This document shows, piece after piece, positions 49,385 through 59,257 of a DNA stretch of 64,000 nt (the first letter of the stretch is position 1; each line of letters begins with the position of its first letter). Source of the stretch: a bacterium (GTDB taxonomy: Bacteria; UBA8248). The translations under genes and the position numbers were made by a program. The stretch is from assembly GCA_965199855.1 (NCBI GenBank), contig OZ241326.1:2336001-2400000 (forward strand), in the 5' to 3' direction. A model generated the notes under the pieces. The model saw only the letters and a list, made by a program, of their open reading frames with translations, had not been told where the DNA came from and searched no databases.

Positions 49385-50170
49385 ATGGGAATTCCGTCTT
49401 TTCTGGAAAACGTTCTTCTGTATCACCCCCACCGGGAGCTCGACCTGACGCCCGAAAGCTACGGCGTCCCATACGAAGACGTCCGTTTCCGCGCCGCTGA
49501 CGGCGCGCGACTTCACGGCTGGCATGTTGCGCCGAAGGAGGCGGGCGGCCCGGTTCTCCTGTGGGCGCACGGCAACGCCGGCAACCTCTCGCACCGGGCG
49601 GAGAACATCGCGCTCATTCAAAGGGAGCTGGGCGCGGGCGTCTTCGCGTTCGACTACCGGGGCTACGGGAAAAGCGAGGGCAGACCGAGCGAGGATGGCC
49701 TCTACGCCGACGGCAGGGCCGCCCACGACTGGCTGCTGGCGCGCGCGCCGCGTGAGCGCGTTTTCCTGTTCGGCCGCTCGCTGGGCGCGGCCGTGGTCGT
49801 CCGACTCGCCTCGGAGGGAAGAAAGGCGCGCGGCCTCATCCTGGAGAGCCCTTTCGAGAGCACCCTCGCCATGGGCAAGAAGATGTTTCCCTTCCTGCCG
49901 GTCGGCTGGCTCGTCTCCAAGAAGTTCGACAATGCGTCCATGCTCCCGCAAGTGAAGACGCCCCTGCTGATCCTGCACGGCGACCGGGACGGCATCGTGC
50001 CCCACGCCCAGGGGAGACGGCTCTTCGAGGCGGCGCGCGCGCCCGGCAAGCGCTTCTTCACCATCGAGGGGGCGGGCCACAACGACACGTATCTCGCGGG
50101 AGGCGCGCTCTACTGGAAGGCGTGGCGGGATTTTCTGCAAAACCCCGAGGGCGGGCGAAGCGGGAGCTGA
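49385..50170 (+). CDS. Alpha/beta hydrolase (ABHD13-like)
   Basis: HGNAGN, DYRGYG, GRSLG, HGDRD, GAGHN. Confidence 0.9.
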   Translation: MGIPSFLENVLLYHPHRELDLTPESYGVPYEDVRFRAADGARLHGWHVAPKEAGGPVLLWAHGNAGNLSHRAENIALIQRELGAGVFAFDYRGYGKSEGRPSEDGLYADGRAAHDWLLARAPRERVFLFGRSLGAAVVVRLASEGRKARGLILESPFESTLAMGKKMFPFLPVGWLVSKKFDNASMLPQVKTPLLILHGDRDGIVPHAQGRRLFEAARAPGKRFFTIEGAGHNDTYLAGGALYWKAWRDFLQNPEGGRSGS

Positions 50171-50245
50171 GCAAAGAGTCCGCGCCCGGCGTCTTTCTCC
50201 GCGCTCTTCCGTCCGCGTGGAGCGGCGCGCCGCCGAAGGCCGGCC

Positions 50246-51031
50246 TCAGGGCTTTCGCGCCCGCCGCCTCTCTCGAAACTCCTCCACCAGCCGCTCGTGA
50301 CGCGCGCTGGCGAGAAATCCCTCGACGAACGGGCCGGCCGGATGGTTCACGAGATTCTCCGGCGCATCGACCTGAACGATCGCCCCCTCGCGCATCACGG
50401 CGATTCGGTCGGCGATTTGAAAAGCGTCGGAAAGATCATGCGTCACGAGCAGGCTCATCGCCCCGAGCTCCTCGTGCACCCGCCTCAACTCCTTGCGGAC
50501 CTCGACCCTGGCGACCGGGTCGATGTTCGCCATGGGCTCATCAAGGAGAAAAACGCGCGGAGGAATGGCGATGGCGCGGCCGATCGCCACCTTCTGCCGC
50601 TGGCCCGCGCTCAGACCGCCCGGGCGGCGGCCAGCCCAGCTCTCGCCGATCCCCAGGCGGCGCATCACGCCGCGCGCGCGCTCGTTCAGGGCGCCAGGCA
50701 GCCACCCGCGAATTTTCAGGGCGAAACCCAGGTTAGAGTGTCTCTTCGGGTCGAACACCTTCATGTGCGGCCACAGGGCGTAGCTCTGAAACACCAGTTG
50801 AATCCCGCGCCGGCCGGGCGGCACGCCGTTCATCCGCGCCCCGTCGAGGTAGATGTGGCCCGCGTCCTCGTCCTCCACGCCGGCGATCAGGCGCAGCAGG
50901 GTGGATTTCCCGCAACCGGTCGGCCCGACGAGCGCCATGAATTCCCCGTCCTCCAGCGTGAGGGAGAGGCCATCGACCGCCCGCGCGCCGTCGAAATCCT
51001 TTCTGAGTCCCACAATTCTCAAAGGGCTCAC
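50246..51031 (-). CDS. ABC transporter ATP-binding protein (MalK/PotA-like), no permease in window
   Basis: GPTGCGKS, LSAGQ, LLDEP, VTHD. Confidence 0.9.
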   Translation of the reverse strand: MSPLRIVGLRKDFDGARAVDGLSLTLEDGEFMALVGPTGCGKSTLLRLIAGVEDEDAGHIYLDGARMNGVPPGRRGIQLVFQSYALWPHMKVFDPKRHSNLGFALKIRGWLPGALNERARGVMRRLGIGESWAGRRPGGLSAGQRQKVAIGRAIAIPPRVFLLDEPMANIDPVARVEVRKELRRVHEELGAMSLLVTHDLSDAFQIADRIAVMREGAIVQVDAPENLVNHPAGPFVEGFLASARHERLVEEFRERRRARKP

Positions 51032-51169
51032 CGGCCTGCCTCGCTGTGAAAAAGGGGGGTTGGTTTGTGAGAATCACGGCGCCGGACAGCGCGCGCTCCG
51101 CTCCCGCCGGCCTTTCGGCGCGGCGTCCGGCCCCATCCCGGAGGCGGGTCGTCTCCTCCCGACGCTTCC

Positions 51170-51517
51170 CTATCCGCTCTCGGGGGCGAGGCTGTTCAGC
51201 TTCTCGACGCCCGGCGTGAAAATCTCCTCCAGAACGAGCTCCCCCTCGCCCGCGTTTCGCGTGGAATGCTCCTGGTTCGGCGGAAAGACCACGACGCCGC
51301 CCGGCCCGAGCGTCACCTCCCGTCCGCCGCAGGCGAACCGCGCCTTTCCCTCGAGAACAATCGTCATCTGCTCGTTCGGATGCGAATGGGGGTTGTACAT
51401 GTCCACGCCCGCGCGAATCGTCTGGCGAAGCACGGTAAGATTCTCCCCCGCCGCCACCCGCTGCGCCCGCTCCCCGGTGTCATGCGCCGCCATCTTCCCG
51501 AAATGATAGACTCTCAC
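51170..51517 (-). CDS. Cupin domain protein
   Basis: PHSHPNEQ, PPNQEH. Confidence 0.85.
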   Translation of the reverse strand: MRVYHFGKMAAHDTGERAQRVAAGENLTVLRQTIRAGVDMYNPHSHPNEQMTIVLEGKARFACGGREVTLGPGGVVVFPPNQEHSTRNAGEGELVLEEIFTPGVEKLNSLAPESG

Positions 51518-51667
51518 GCTTCCCTCCGCCCGGATGGCTGAAAATTCGATGGAAAATGCGGACCCCGCGTTATGGAATCGCTCCCCTCATCGTATAGAAG
51601 TATTTGCATCCCCTCAATCGTTCTCTTAGAGTATTCTTACGCCTTCCCCCCCGCTCTGGAGACCGTG

Positions 51668-52192
51668 ATGAAGCGAATCCGCATCCCCGTCATCGCCGCC
51701 GCCCTGGCGGCCGCCCTGTGGGCGATACATCCGGCGACCTCCTCGGGGCTCGGGCCCGGCGCGCCCGCCCCCGAACTGAAGGGCGGCCCCTGGCTGGGCG
51801 TCGAGAAGCCCCTTCAACTGAAGGAGCTGCGCGGCAAGGTCGTGCTTCTCGACATGTGGACGTTCGGCTGAATCAACTGCGTGCGGGAGATTCCCGCGCT
51901 GCGCTCGTGGCACGAGCGCTACGGGGACAAGGGGCTGGTCGTCATCGGAAACCACGCGCCCGAGTTCGGCTTCGAGAAGAGCAGGGCGAACGTGGAGAAG
52001 GCCATCGCCAAGCTCGGCATCGCCTACCCCGTTGTGATGGACAACGGGTTCGTCAACTGGAACGCCTACGGCAACCGCTACTGGCCGACGAAATACCTGA
52101 TCGACAAGAAGGGAATCGTGCGCTTCAAGGCGATTGGCGAGGGGGGCCACGAGCGCGCCGAGGCGATGATCAAGAAGCTGCTCGCCGAGTGA
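51668..52192 (+). CDS. Exported thioredoxin-like (DipZ/TlpA-type) probable selenoprotein (U-I-N-C)
   Basis: Signal peptide; [17 protein letters not shown](51869-51871)-INC, then HAPEF, NRYWP. Confidence 0.88.
51881..51899 (+). promoter_or_regulatory. SECIS-like hairpin
   Basis: GTGCGGGA-GAT-TCCCGCGC, loop 17 nt after TGA. Confidence 0.7.
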
Positions 52193-52314
52193 TGGAGACG
52201 GAAAAGCGGGCGCGTGGTTCGGCGCGCCGCTTTATCTCTTCATCCGGGCGGGCCTCCTGCGGGGATGGCGGAGCGGACGCCTCTCGCCGAAGCGAAGCGT
52301 CGGGAGGTGAGCGC

Positions 52315-52608
52315 GTGAGCGAGCGCGAACGGGCGGAATTCACGCTTCCCACCCGGCTGGCGAGGCGCAGGCTCCTCGTGGGGAGGCTGGCGCTGGGCGT
52401 CGTCTGCGCCAACGCTCTTCTCGCTCTCGCCGCCGCATATCTGCTGAGCGGGCCGATGGCCTGGGCGACGAGCTTCCGGCTCGGCTTTCTCGGCTGGGCG
52501 GGCGTCCTGTTTCCCGCCTCCCTCATGCTGGCGGTTCCGGTGATGGCGCCTCTCGTCATCAGACTGCTGAAGCCGCCGACGGAGGAAGCGCCCGGAGAGC
52601 GAAAATGA
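52315..52608 (+). CDS. Small membrane protein
   Basis: GGAGG RBS, GTG start, two hydrophobic segments. Confidence 0.55.
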   Translation: MSERERAEFTLPTRLARRRLLVGRLALGVVCANALLALAAAYLLSGPMAWATSFRLGFLGWAGVLFPASLMLAVPVMAPLVIRLLKPPTEEAPGERK

Positions 52609-52917
52609 AGGCGGGCGAGAAGCGAAAAAAAGACGCCGCGGGAAGCGCGCCTGCGTGGAGGGCTGGAGCGCGATTCGCCACTGGCGGGGGGCGAGCCTCG
52701 CCGACGAACGTGGGCTGGCAGCGCCCGAAGTTCCTCCGCTGCGTCTTCTTCACGAACGAGGACGCGGGCGGCTTCTCTGGGAGAAGCGGGACTACCCGCG
52801 CTGCTACGGATTCTGACCTAGAAGCCCCCCGGCGCGTCTTGACAACGCCCTCCCGCCGCCTTCATATAGAGGGGGAATTTCAGCGCAAGCCCCAGTCCCC
52901 ATGAGGTCCCCTCTCGC

Positions 52918-52992
52918 TCCGGCGTAGCTCAACGGCAGAGCAATCGGCTGTTAACCGATGGGTTGTAGGTTCGAATCCTACCGCCGGAGCCA
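52918..52992 (+). tRNA. tRNA-Asn (GTT)
   Basis: Acceptor stem TCCGGCG/CGCCGGA, anticodon arm ATCGG-CTGTTAA-CCGAT, T loop GTTCGAATC, CCA end. Confidence 0.97.
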
Positions 52993-53062
52993 TGGGGGAG
53001 GGGGGCAACGGGCCGCCCATTGCAAGTTCTTGACTCCAAGACCGGCGAAAGGAGGCTTGACC

Positions 53063-54940
53063 GTGCTCTTTGCGGAAGCCAAAGATAGGATCCGGAGCTG
53101 GATTCGCCGCCTTATCAAGTGGCTGACCAAGCCCGAATATCCCACAGAGGCACCCGAACCAATTCCATCGAACGAGGCAAGGCCGGAGACAACCCACATA
53201 CTGGCGTCTCCCCCAACTACGGCATCGCCAAAGTCAGAACCGGCCTCTCCTTCCGACCCAGGCGAAGGCACCGACGCGGAACCCAAGACAACGGACGATT
53301 CAGCAAGCAAAGAAGAGCCCAAGAAAGAACCGCGCAAGATAGGACCGAGACGTATCAAGCCGGACAACAATCGCCAAAAACCAAATCGCCCCGCACAACT
53401 CACCCGCCCCTTCACTCCCAGGGCGGAGTTGCTCTGCCGCCAAGCTCGGGGTTCATCCTGGGAGTTAATTCTGTCCGTTCCCGAAGAATGCGGCATTGTG
53501 AAAATACAACATGACAACAACCCCTTGTCAGTCGACGAAAACGGCGAATGTCGCCCGTCATCATTCTCCGGCACCCTGAAAGTTGAATACAGCGACGGAA
53601 AAACTGACGAGATTATCCCATTGGTCTGCGACAAGACGCCGCTGGTTTTTAAAATGCGGAACGGCTGGCAAGGGTCTGGCCGCAAAATTAGCGGAATTAC
53701 TCGTGGGCACTTCATTGTTTTCACGCCTGCTGAATGGAAGCGAACGGGTCGCGTTCCGGTAGAAGCCGAGAACTGCGTGGACGCTGACTTCCGGGCGCAC
53801 TACTTCCATGCGCGCAAGAACGACGCAAACGATGAAATTGGCGGATTTAAGGAATATGAAGTCCCGTTGACCCCAACCGGATTCGAGTTGGAAGGTACTA
53901 GAATTTTCGATGATTCTGAAGATGGGGAACTATTCGTTGATACAGTTCCAAGGGTGAAGCCCGCGTCCGGCATCGTCTGGGCGCGCGTGGGCGAAGAGCG
54001 GCAGAGAGGCTGGTCTGGAGAAAATTTCAGACCCGATGACAAATCTCTCAAGAAAGTTCTGAATGGCCGCCAGAGGCGATTTTATGTCCGCGTCTATGAC
54101 GACGCGCCCAAGTTGATGGACAGCGGCGAGTTCCGCTATTACGCGGATCTGCAAGATATTCAGGTGAATGGCGTATCGTATTCGCAGGACATGCTGTTGC
54201 TCCCCACGTCGGACGGGCATTCGCCAACAAGACTGCAATTCATTGCCCGGAATGGAGAGCTGATCTCCCAAGATCGGCTGGAATTGAAAGGAAACAACCC
54301 TCACGCGGCCATTACGCCAGATGGCGTTTTGACAATAGCCCCACACCCGGATGGCGATGAAATAACCTTAGTCTTAAAAGCCAATACAAGTAGCGTGGCC
54401 GTCAAGCTCCACTTGCCGCGCGTCTGGTGGAGGCTTGAGCGATCAGGAGAGGAGCCAAGCAGGTGGGGCGACCAACCCCTAAATATGACGCGCGATGAGT
54501 TTCGAGATCGGGCCAATAAGAGCACCGTGATAAAATTGCGATTGCCTTCACGCATCAAATCTGCCGATGTGGGATTTGGTGATAATCTGGACCGGAGACT
54601 TCCCATAGGGGACGGATTGCCACTTGGGAACTTTATCGATTATACGGAAATCGACAATCCATCAAGTGAAGAGGTCGAACTGCGAATTCGATGCAATAGT
54701 GAAAGGCTAACTCTAATCCAACTTGCCGCTGACTTACCTGCCCCTACAAAGAAGCCTCTAACAAACAATATGCCAGACACTTGTCCAAGCGGCAACAAGG
54801 GATTCAGCTGCGGCGAATTGCGGAAGGCCAATCTCACAGCCGCCGATGCGAAACGCTTGCAATTACGTATCGACAGGCGACGCCGCAGCGAACACAATAG
54901 CAATATAGACAGGCTCATGGAGATTGGAAACGATGCCTGA
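53063..54940 (+). CDS. Large hypothetical protein with C-terminal eL13 (L13e)-like motif
   Basis: AAGGAGG RBS; tail GNKGFSCGELRKANLTAADAKRLQLRIDRRRRSEHNSNIDRL. Confidence 0.78.
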   Translation: MLFAEAKDRIRSWIRRLIKWLTKPEYPTEAPEPIPSNEARPETTHILASPPTTASPKSEPASPSDPGEGTDAEPKTTDDSASKEEPKKEPRKIGPRRIKPDNNRQKPNRPAQLTRPFTPRAELLCRQARGSSWELILSVPEECGIVKIQHDNNPLSVDENGECRPSSFSGTLKVEYSDGKTDEIIPLVCDKTPLVFKMRNGWQGSGRKISGITRGHFIVFTPAEWKRTGRVPVEAENCVDADFRAHYFHARKNDANDEIGGFKEYEVPLTPTGFELEGTRIFDDSEDGELFVDTVPRVKPASGIVWARVGEERQRGWSGENFRPDDKSLKKVLNGRQRRFYVRVYDDAPKLMDSGEFRYYADLQDIQVNGVSYSQDMLLLPTSDGHSPTRLQFIARNGELISQDRLELKGNNPHAAITPDGVLTIAPHPDGDEITLVLKANTSSVAVKLHLPRVWWRLERSGEEPSRWGDQPLNMTRDEFRDRANKSTVIKLRLPSRIKSADVGFGDNLDRRLPIGDGLPLGNFIDYTEIDNPSSEEVELRIRCNSERLTLIQLAADLPAPTKKPLTNNMPDTCPSGNKGFSCGELRKANLTAADAKRLQLRIDRRRRSEHNSNIDRLMEIGNDA

Positions 54941-57900
54941 AACTCGTGACATTGAGAGATGGGTTGATACGATTGGTGCTCGCTACGAAAATTATTTGAA
55001 AACCTCGTTTTACTTCAAGGACTCGAAACTCCGTGAATCGTTTCAACATGCGTTACAGGGTGGCCGCCTGCTGAAAGGGCCTTTTCCCGAACCGGCGCGC
55101 GACTTCAAAAAAGGCGTAGACGCGAGGCAACTGGCGAAAGAATGTTTTCCTGACAGGGGCGGCGCTCTACTTCCGGCATTACGGAAAGGCGCTTTGTATG
55201 TCCATCAAGAGCGCGCCGTGCGTTGTACTCACACAGACCAGCGGAACATCGTGGTCGCCACCGGTACCGCCAGCGGCAAGACGGAGAGTTTTCTCTACCC
55301 GATTCTGTTCGAGTTGTACCGCCAATACTTGGCGGGAGAACTCAGCGAGCCCGGCGTGCGGGCCATGATCCTGTATCCGATGAACGCGCTCGCCAACGAT
55401 CAAAGAGAACGCCTTGGCGAAATTTGCGAGCAGCTACGCAAGGAGGGTTCAGATTTTGCCCCCATTTTCGGACAGTACATCGGACAAACACCCGAAGATC
55501 AAAGAGACCGTCGGCGTAACGCCTCTACTCGGGAAGAGGAACGCCTGCCCGGCGAGTTGGTTTTCCGGGAAGAGATGCGGAACAATCCGCCGCATATCCT
55601 GCTGACCAATTATTCCATGCTGGAATACCTTCTTATTCGTCCGAGCGACAGCCCGCTTTTCGACGTAGACCGAGGCAAACACTGGCAATTCATCGTGCTT
55701 GATGAAGCTCACCAGTACCGGGGCGCCAAAGGGATGGAGATGGGCATGTTAATCCGGCGTCTCAAGCAACGGTTGCGCGATGGAGGGCGCGAAGATCGTT
55801 TCCGCTGCATCGCCACCAGCGCGACCATCGCCACCGGCGAAGGCGAAGAAGACAAACAGGTCGTCGCGAAATTCGCCGAGGAACTCTTTGCCGAGCCTTT
55901 TCGGACATCCGGCATCATTTTGGGAGAACACGAACAACAGTCACTCAAAAAGGAGCCGCGTCGCTTCCATGCGTTCGCGCGCGCCTTGGAAGGGGCTTTT
56001 TTGCTCCATGATGACGGTGAGGATGCGGTCATCCTCAATCGCAAGAGAGAGGTTGGGTGCCGCGCCGAGCCCTTGGAAATCGCGTTATGCCGGGAATGCG
56101 GACAACACTATTACGTCGGCCGGGAAAATGATGGCAAGTTGAAAGAAGCGGTGCGAGATCCCAGTCATCCGAAATTTGGCGTGGATTATTACCTGCCATT
56201 GGAAAGCGATAATGCCGCTTCTCATGTCTTATGCCGATGCTGCGGCCAACTCTCCGCCGACGGGTCTGCTTGCGATTGCGGCGACAGCGCCTCAATTCTC
56301 GTCAAGAAGTGCGAATCTCATAAAGAACATCCGGATCACCTGAAGAAATGCGAAGCCTGCGGCTATAGCCGCGGCGGCATCGGCGACCCTGTTCAGGAAA
56401 TCGTGCACGGCTCCGACGGCCCCAACACCGTCATCGCGACCGCCCTTCACGAGTTGCTACCGGAAAGCAGGCGCAAGGTGCTGGCGTTCGCCGACAGTCG
56501 GCAGGAGGCCGCGTTCTTCGCCTGGTATGCTCAGGACTCCTATACGGAGGTACGCGACCGCAATTTGATGTTGCGCGCTTTGAAGGCTGGGGCAATCGAT
56601 TCTGAAGGACTGTCCATTGACGACCTCAAAAACCGACTGTTCAAACAGTGGGAACAGTCTGGTCTGTTTGAGAGAGCGGATACCAGGGAAAGCAAGGACC
56701 GAAAGGTGCTGACGGCAATCCTCGGAGAAGCGTTGACGGACGAGAAGAGGCTGTCCTTAAGTGGAGTCGGTTTGGTCAGGTGGTTCGTCAAAATCCCGGA
56801 CGACTTGAGACCGCCGGCCTCAATGCTGGAGCCGCCTTGGAATCTAACGGATGAAGAAGCGCGCCGCCTTCTCGCATATCTTTTAGACGAGTGGCGTGTG
56901 CGCTACGCCTTGGCTTTGCCGGACGGTGCAGGGACCCCGTTATGGAACGACGTATCACCCCTGCGGCGGCAACAGGCTTACGGTCTGGGCACCCCCGGCA
57001 AAAGAAAAAACATCGCAGAATGGGGCAGCTCCCAATCCGCAATCGTTGGTCACTTCCTGCGCCGGCTCCTTATGCGAAATGGACAGTCCGGCAATGACGA
57101 CCATTCACAATCGATCATGCTGATGAAGGATGTATGGAGCGCATTGCGCGAGCGGGATAAAAAATATGGCCAAAAAGCCGACCAAATTCTTTCGTCCGCT
57201 AACACAAACGGGACATTCCGCCTCAACTCGCGCTGGCTGCGGACCAAGCTCGCCGAGCCATCTGAAATTTGGGAGTGCGACACGTGCGCAAGCCTGAGCA
57301 CCCACAACATTCACAACATCTGTCCTCGAAACGGATGCCCCGGAAATCTGTCGCCTGCCGGCCAATCACGGCTTGAAGAAAACCACTATCGAATCCTTTA
57401 CGAAAAACCCGGCCTGCCACCCACGCTATGCGCTGAAGAACATACGGCTCAAATCGAAAGCAGCGAGGCGCGCCAGAGACAGGATCGCTTCAAAAGCGGA
57501 CAAATACACCTCCTCAGTTCCTCAACCACGTTTGAGGTTGGCGTCGACTTGGGCGATCTCGAGGTCGTATTCCTCCGCAACGTGCCGCCGGAGCCGTTCA
57601 ACTATACCCAGCGCGTCGGGAGGGCGGGACGCCGAGAAACGCCGGGATTGGCGCTGACCTACTGCCGCCGCAACCCACATGACTTGTACCACTACGAAGA
57701 CCCGGAAAAGCGCGTGATAGAGGGAAAGGTGCAACCCCCAAGGCTCCGGATGACCAACGACAAAATCATCTCCCGGCACATGGCCGCCGTCGCTCTGTCC
57801 GCATTTTTCAAGAATGAGGGAAACGAGGAACGCTTCAGGAATGTCGAATCCTTCATCGGCGATTGGGAGAATCCTCGCGCCGTTTCGGACCTGAAGCAGT

Positions 57901-59201
57901 TTTGCGAAAACAACGAGGCGTTGAAGAATTCGCTACTCCGGAGCGTGCCGGAAGCCATGCGCGAAACAACCGGACTCAACAGCAATGATTGGATTAAAAT
58001 CATCGCCGGCCCGGACAGCCGCCTTGACCGAGCCGAGAAAGAAGTTTCCGACGACTATCAGCGCATGGAAGCGCTTGAAAAAGAGTACTCGGACAACAGC
58101 AAATATAGCGACGCGAAACGTATCAAGCAACGGAGGGATACCATCGCTAACGAACAAACCTTGACCTTCCTCTCACGCAAAGCCGTAATTCCCAAATATG
58201 GCTTTCCGGTTGACGTGGTGGAACTCGATACCCGGGAACTCGATACCCGGCCGCAAAACAGAAGTTCGGCAAGAGTATCGTTGCAAAGAGACCTGTCTCA
58301 AGCCATTGCCGAATATGCGCCGGGCGGTAAAGTCGTGGCGAACAAGCAAGAGTGGGAATCATGCGGTGTAAAAGTAATTTCCGGAAAGCAATTTCCGGTC
58401 AAGCGTTACGCTTACGACGATGCCCGCTATTTTCAGCAATGTGATGAAGAGGGCAATCTTCCAAACAGCAGAAGCAGAAGATACCTTTCTCCGGTCTTCG
58501 GTTTCGTGACACCGCTATTTGAGAAACCCAAGAAGCCGCGGGGACGAGCGCAACGCCTATACACAACACGACCGTTTTTTCCGGGTTTTGATGAAGAACC
58601 GGAATCCAAGGACCTGTTCGGGATTACGGTAACAAAAGCGCAACCGGGAAGCTTGGTCATCCTGTGCGAGGGGCGGAATCAGAAAGGGTTCTATATTTGC
58701 CGCACTTGCGGAAGCCACATGACGAAGCCAGCGAGCGCGCACAAGACGCCGGCAGGATCCAAATGTACCGAGAGATTAGAGAAATTTTCGCTCGGGCACG
58801 AGTTGGTTACGGATGTAGTGCGCCTGCAATTTTCAGACTTGGGCGACCAGTGGGACGCTTACTCCCTCGCTTACGCCATACAGCTGGGCGCGTCGAAAAC
58901 AATGGATGTGCCGGACACGGACTTGAACGTCACTATCACTGGCGACAAAGCATCGGACGAGACGGCGATTGTCTTATATGACAATGTTCCCGGCGGTGCC
59001 GGTCTGGTGGCGCAGTTGGAACACGAGGGTATATTTCGAGAAATGCTCGGCAATGCCCGAGAACGGGTACAAGGCGGATGTGGCTGTGACTCAAGTTGCT
59101 ACGGTTGTCTGCGCAGCTACCGCAACCAGTTCGCGCACCCGCACTTGAATCGCAAAAGAGCTCAAGCCTTTTTACCCGCCGTAGGCGTCGGGGCGGAATA
59201 G
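54933..59201 (+). CDS. SF2 DEAH helicase with C-terminal DUF1998 (MrfA/DruE-like)
   Basis: TGTASGKT, YPMNALANDQ, DEAH, SAT, QRVGRAGR, DNVPGGAG, CGCDSSCYGCL. Confidence 0.92.
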   Translation: MPETRDIERWVDTIGARYENYLKTSFYFKDSKLRESFQHALQGGRLLKGPFPEPARDFKKGVDARQLAKECFPDRGGALLPALRKGALYVHQERAVRCTHTDQRNIVVATGTASGKTESFLYPILFELYRQYLAGELSEPGVRAMILYPMNALANDQRERLGEICEQLRKEGSDFAPIFGQYIGQTPEDQRDRRRNASTREEERLPGELVFREEMRNNPPHILLTNYSMLEYLLIRPSDSPLFDVDRGKHWQFIVLDEAHQYRGAKGMEMGMLIRRLKQRLRDGGREDRFRCIATSATIATGEGEEDKQVVAKFAEELFAEPFRTSGIILGEHEQQSLKKEPRRFHAFARALEGAFLLHDDGEDAVILNRKREVGCRAEPLEIALCRECGQHYYVGRENDGKLKEAVRDPSHPKFGVDYYLPLESDNAASHVLCRCCGQLSADGSACDCGDSASILVKKCESHKEHPDHLKKCEACGYSRGGIGDPVQEIVHGSDGPNTVIATALHELLPESRRKVLAFADSRQEAAFFAWYAQDSYTEVRDRNLMLRALKAGAIDSEGLSIDDLKNRLFKQWEQSGLFERADTRESKDRKVLTAILGEALTDEKRLSLSGVGLVRWFVKIPDDLRPPASMLEPPWNLTDEEARRLLAYLLDEWRVRYALALPDGAGTPLWNDVSPLRRQQAYGLGTPGKRKNIAEWGSSQSAIVGHFLRRLLMRNGQSGNDDHSQSIMLMKDVWSALRERDKKYGQKADQILSSANTNGTFRLNSRWLRTKLAEPSEIWECDTCASLSTHNIHNICPRNGCPGNLSPAGQSRLEENHYRILYEKPGLPPTLCAEEHTAQIESSEARQRQDRFKSGQIHLLSSSTTFEVGVDLGDLEVVFLRNVPPEPFNYTQRVGRAGRRETPGLALTYCRRNPHDLYHYEDPEKRVIEGKVQPPRLRMTNDKIISRHMAAVALSAFFKNEGNEERFRNVESFIGDWENPRAVSDLKQFCENNEALKNSLLRSVPEAMRETTGLNSNDWIKIIAGPDSRLDRAEKEVSDDYQRMEALEKEYSDNSKYSDAKRIKQRRDTIANEQTLTFLSRKAVIPKYGFPVDVVELDTRELDTRPQNRSSARVSLQRDLSQAIAEYAPGGKVVANKQEWESCGVKVISGKQFPVKRYAYDDARYFQQCDEEGNLPNSRSRRYLSPVFGFVTPLFEKPKKPRGRAQRLYTTRPFFPGFDEEPESKDLFGITVTKAQPGSLVILCEGRNQKGFYICRTCGSHMTKPASAHKTPAGSKCTERLEKFSLGHELVTDVVRLQFSDLGDQWDAYSLAYAIQLGASKTMDVPDTDLNVTITGDKASDETAIVLYDNVPGGAGLVAQLEHEGIFREMLGNARERVQGGCGCDSSCYGCLRSYRNQFAHPHLNRKRAQAFLPAVGVGAE

Positions 59202-59257
59202 CCGAAAACACTTTCATTGAGGTTCGTTGGGCGGCTTTTTCGAATTGCAACGCCCCC

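Larger units (their letters stand above)
52993..59230. mobile_element. Lower-GC islet downstream of tRNA-Asn (no integrase or att repeat seen)
   Basis: Visible drop in GC and change in codon usage right after the tRNA 3' end; high GC resumes at ~59250. Confidence 0.6.

Noticed and set aside
52958-53062. ORF-track start of the islet gene inside tRNA-Asn
   Set aside because: It overlaps the tRNA; the AAGGAGG RBS supports a start at 53057 or 53063.
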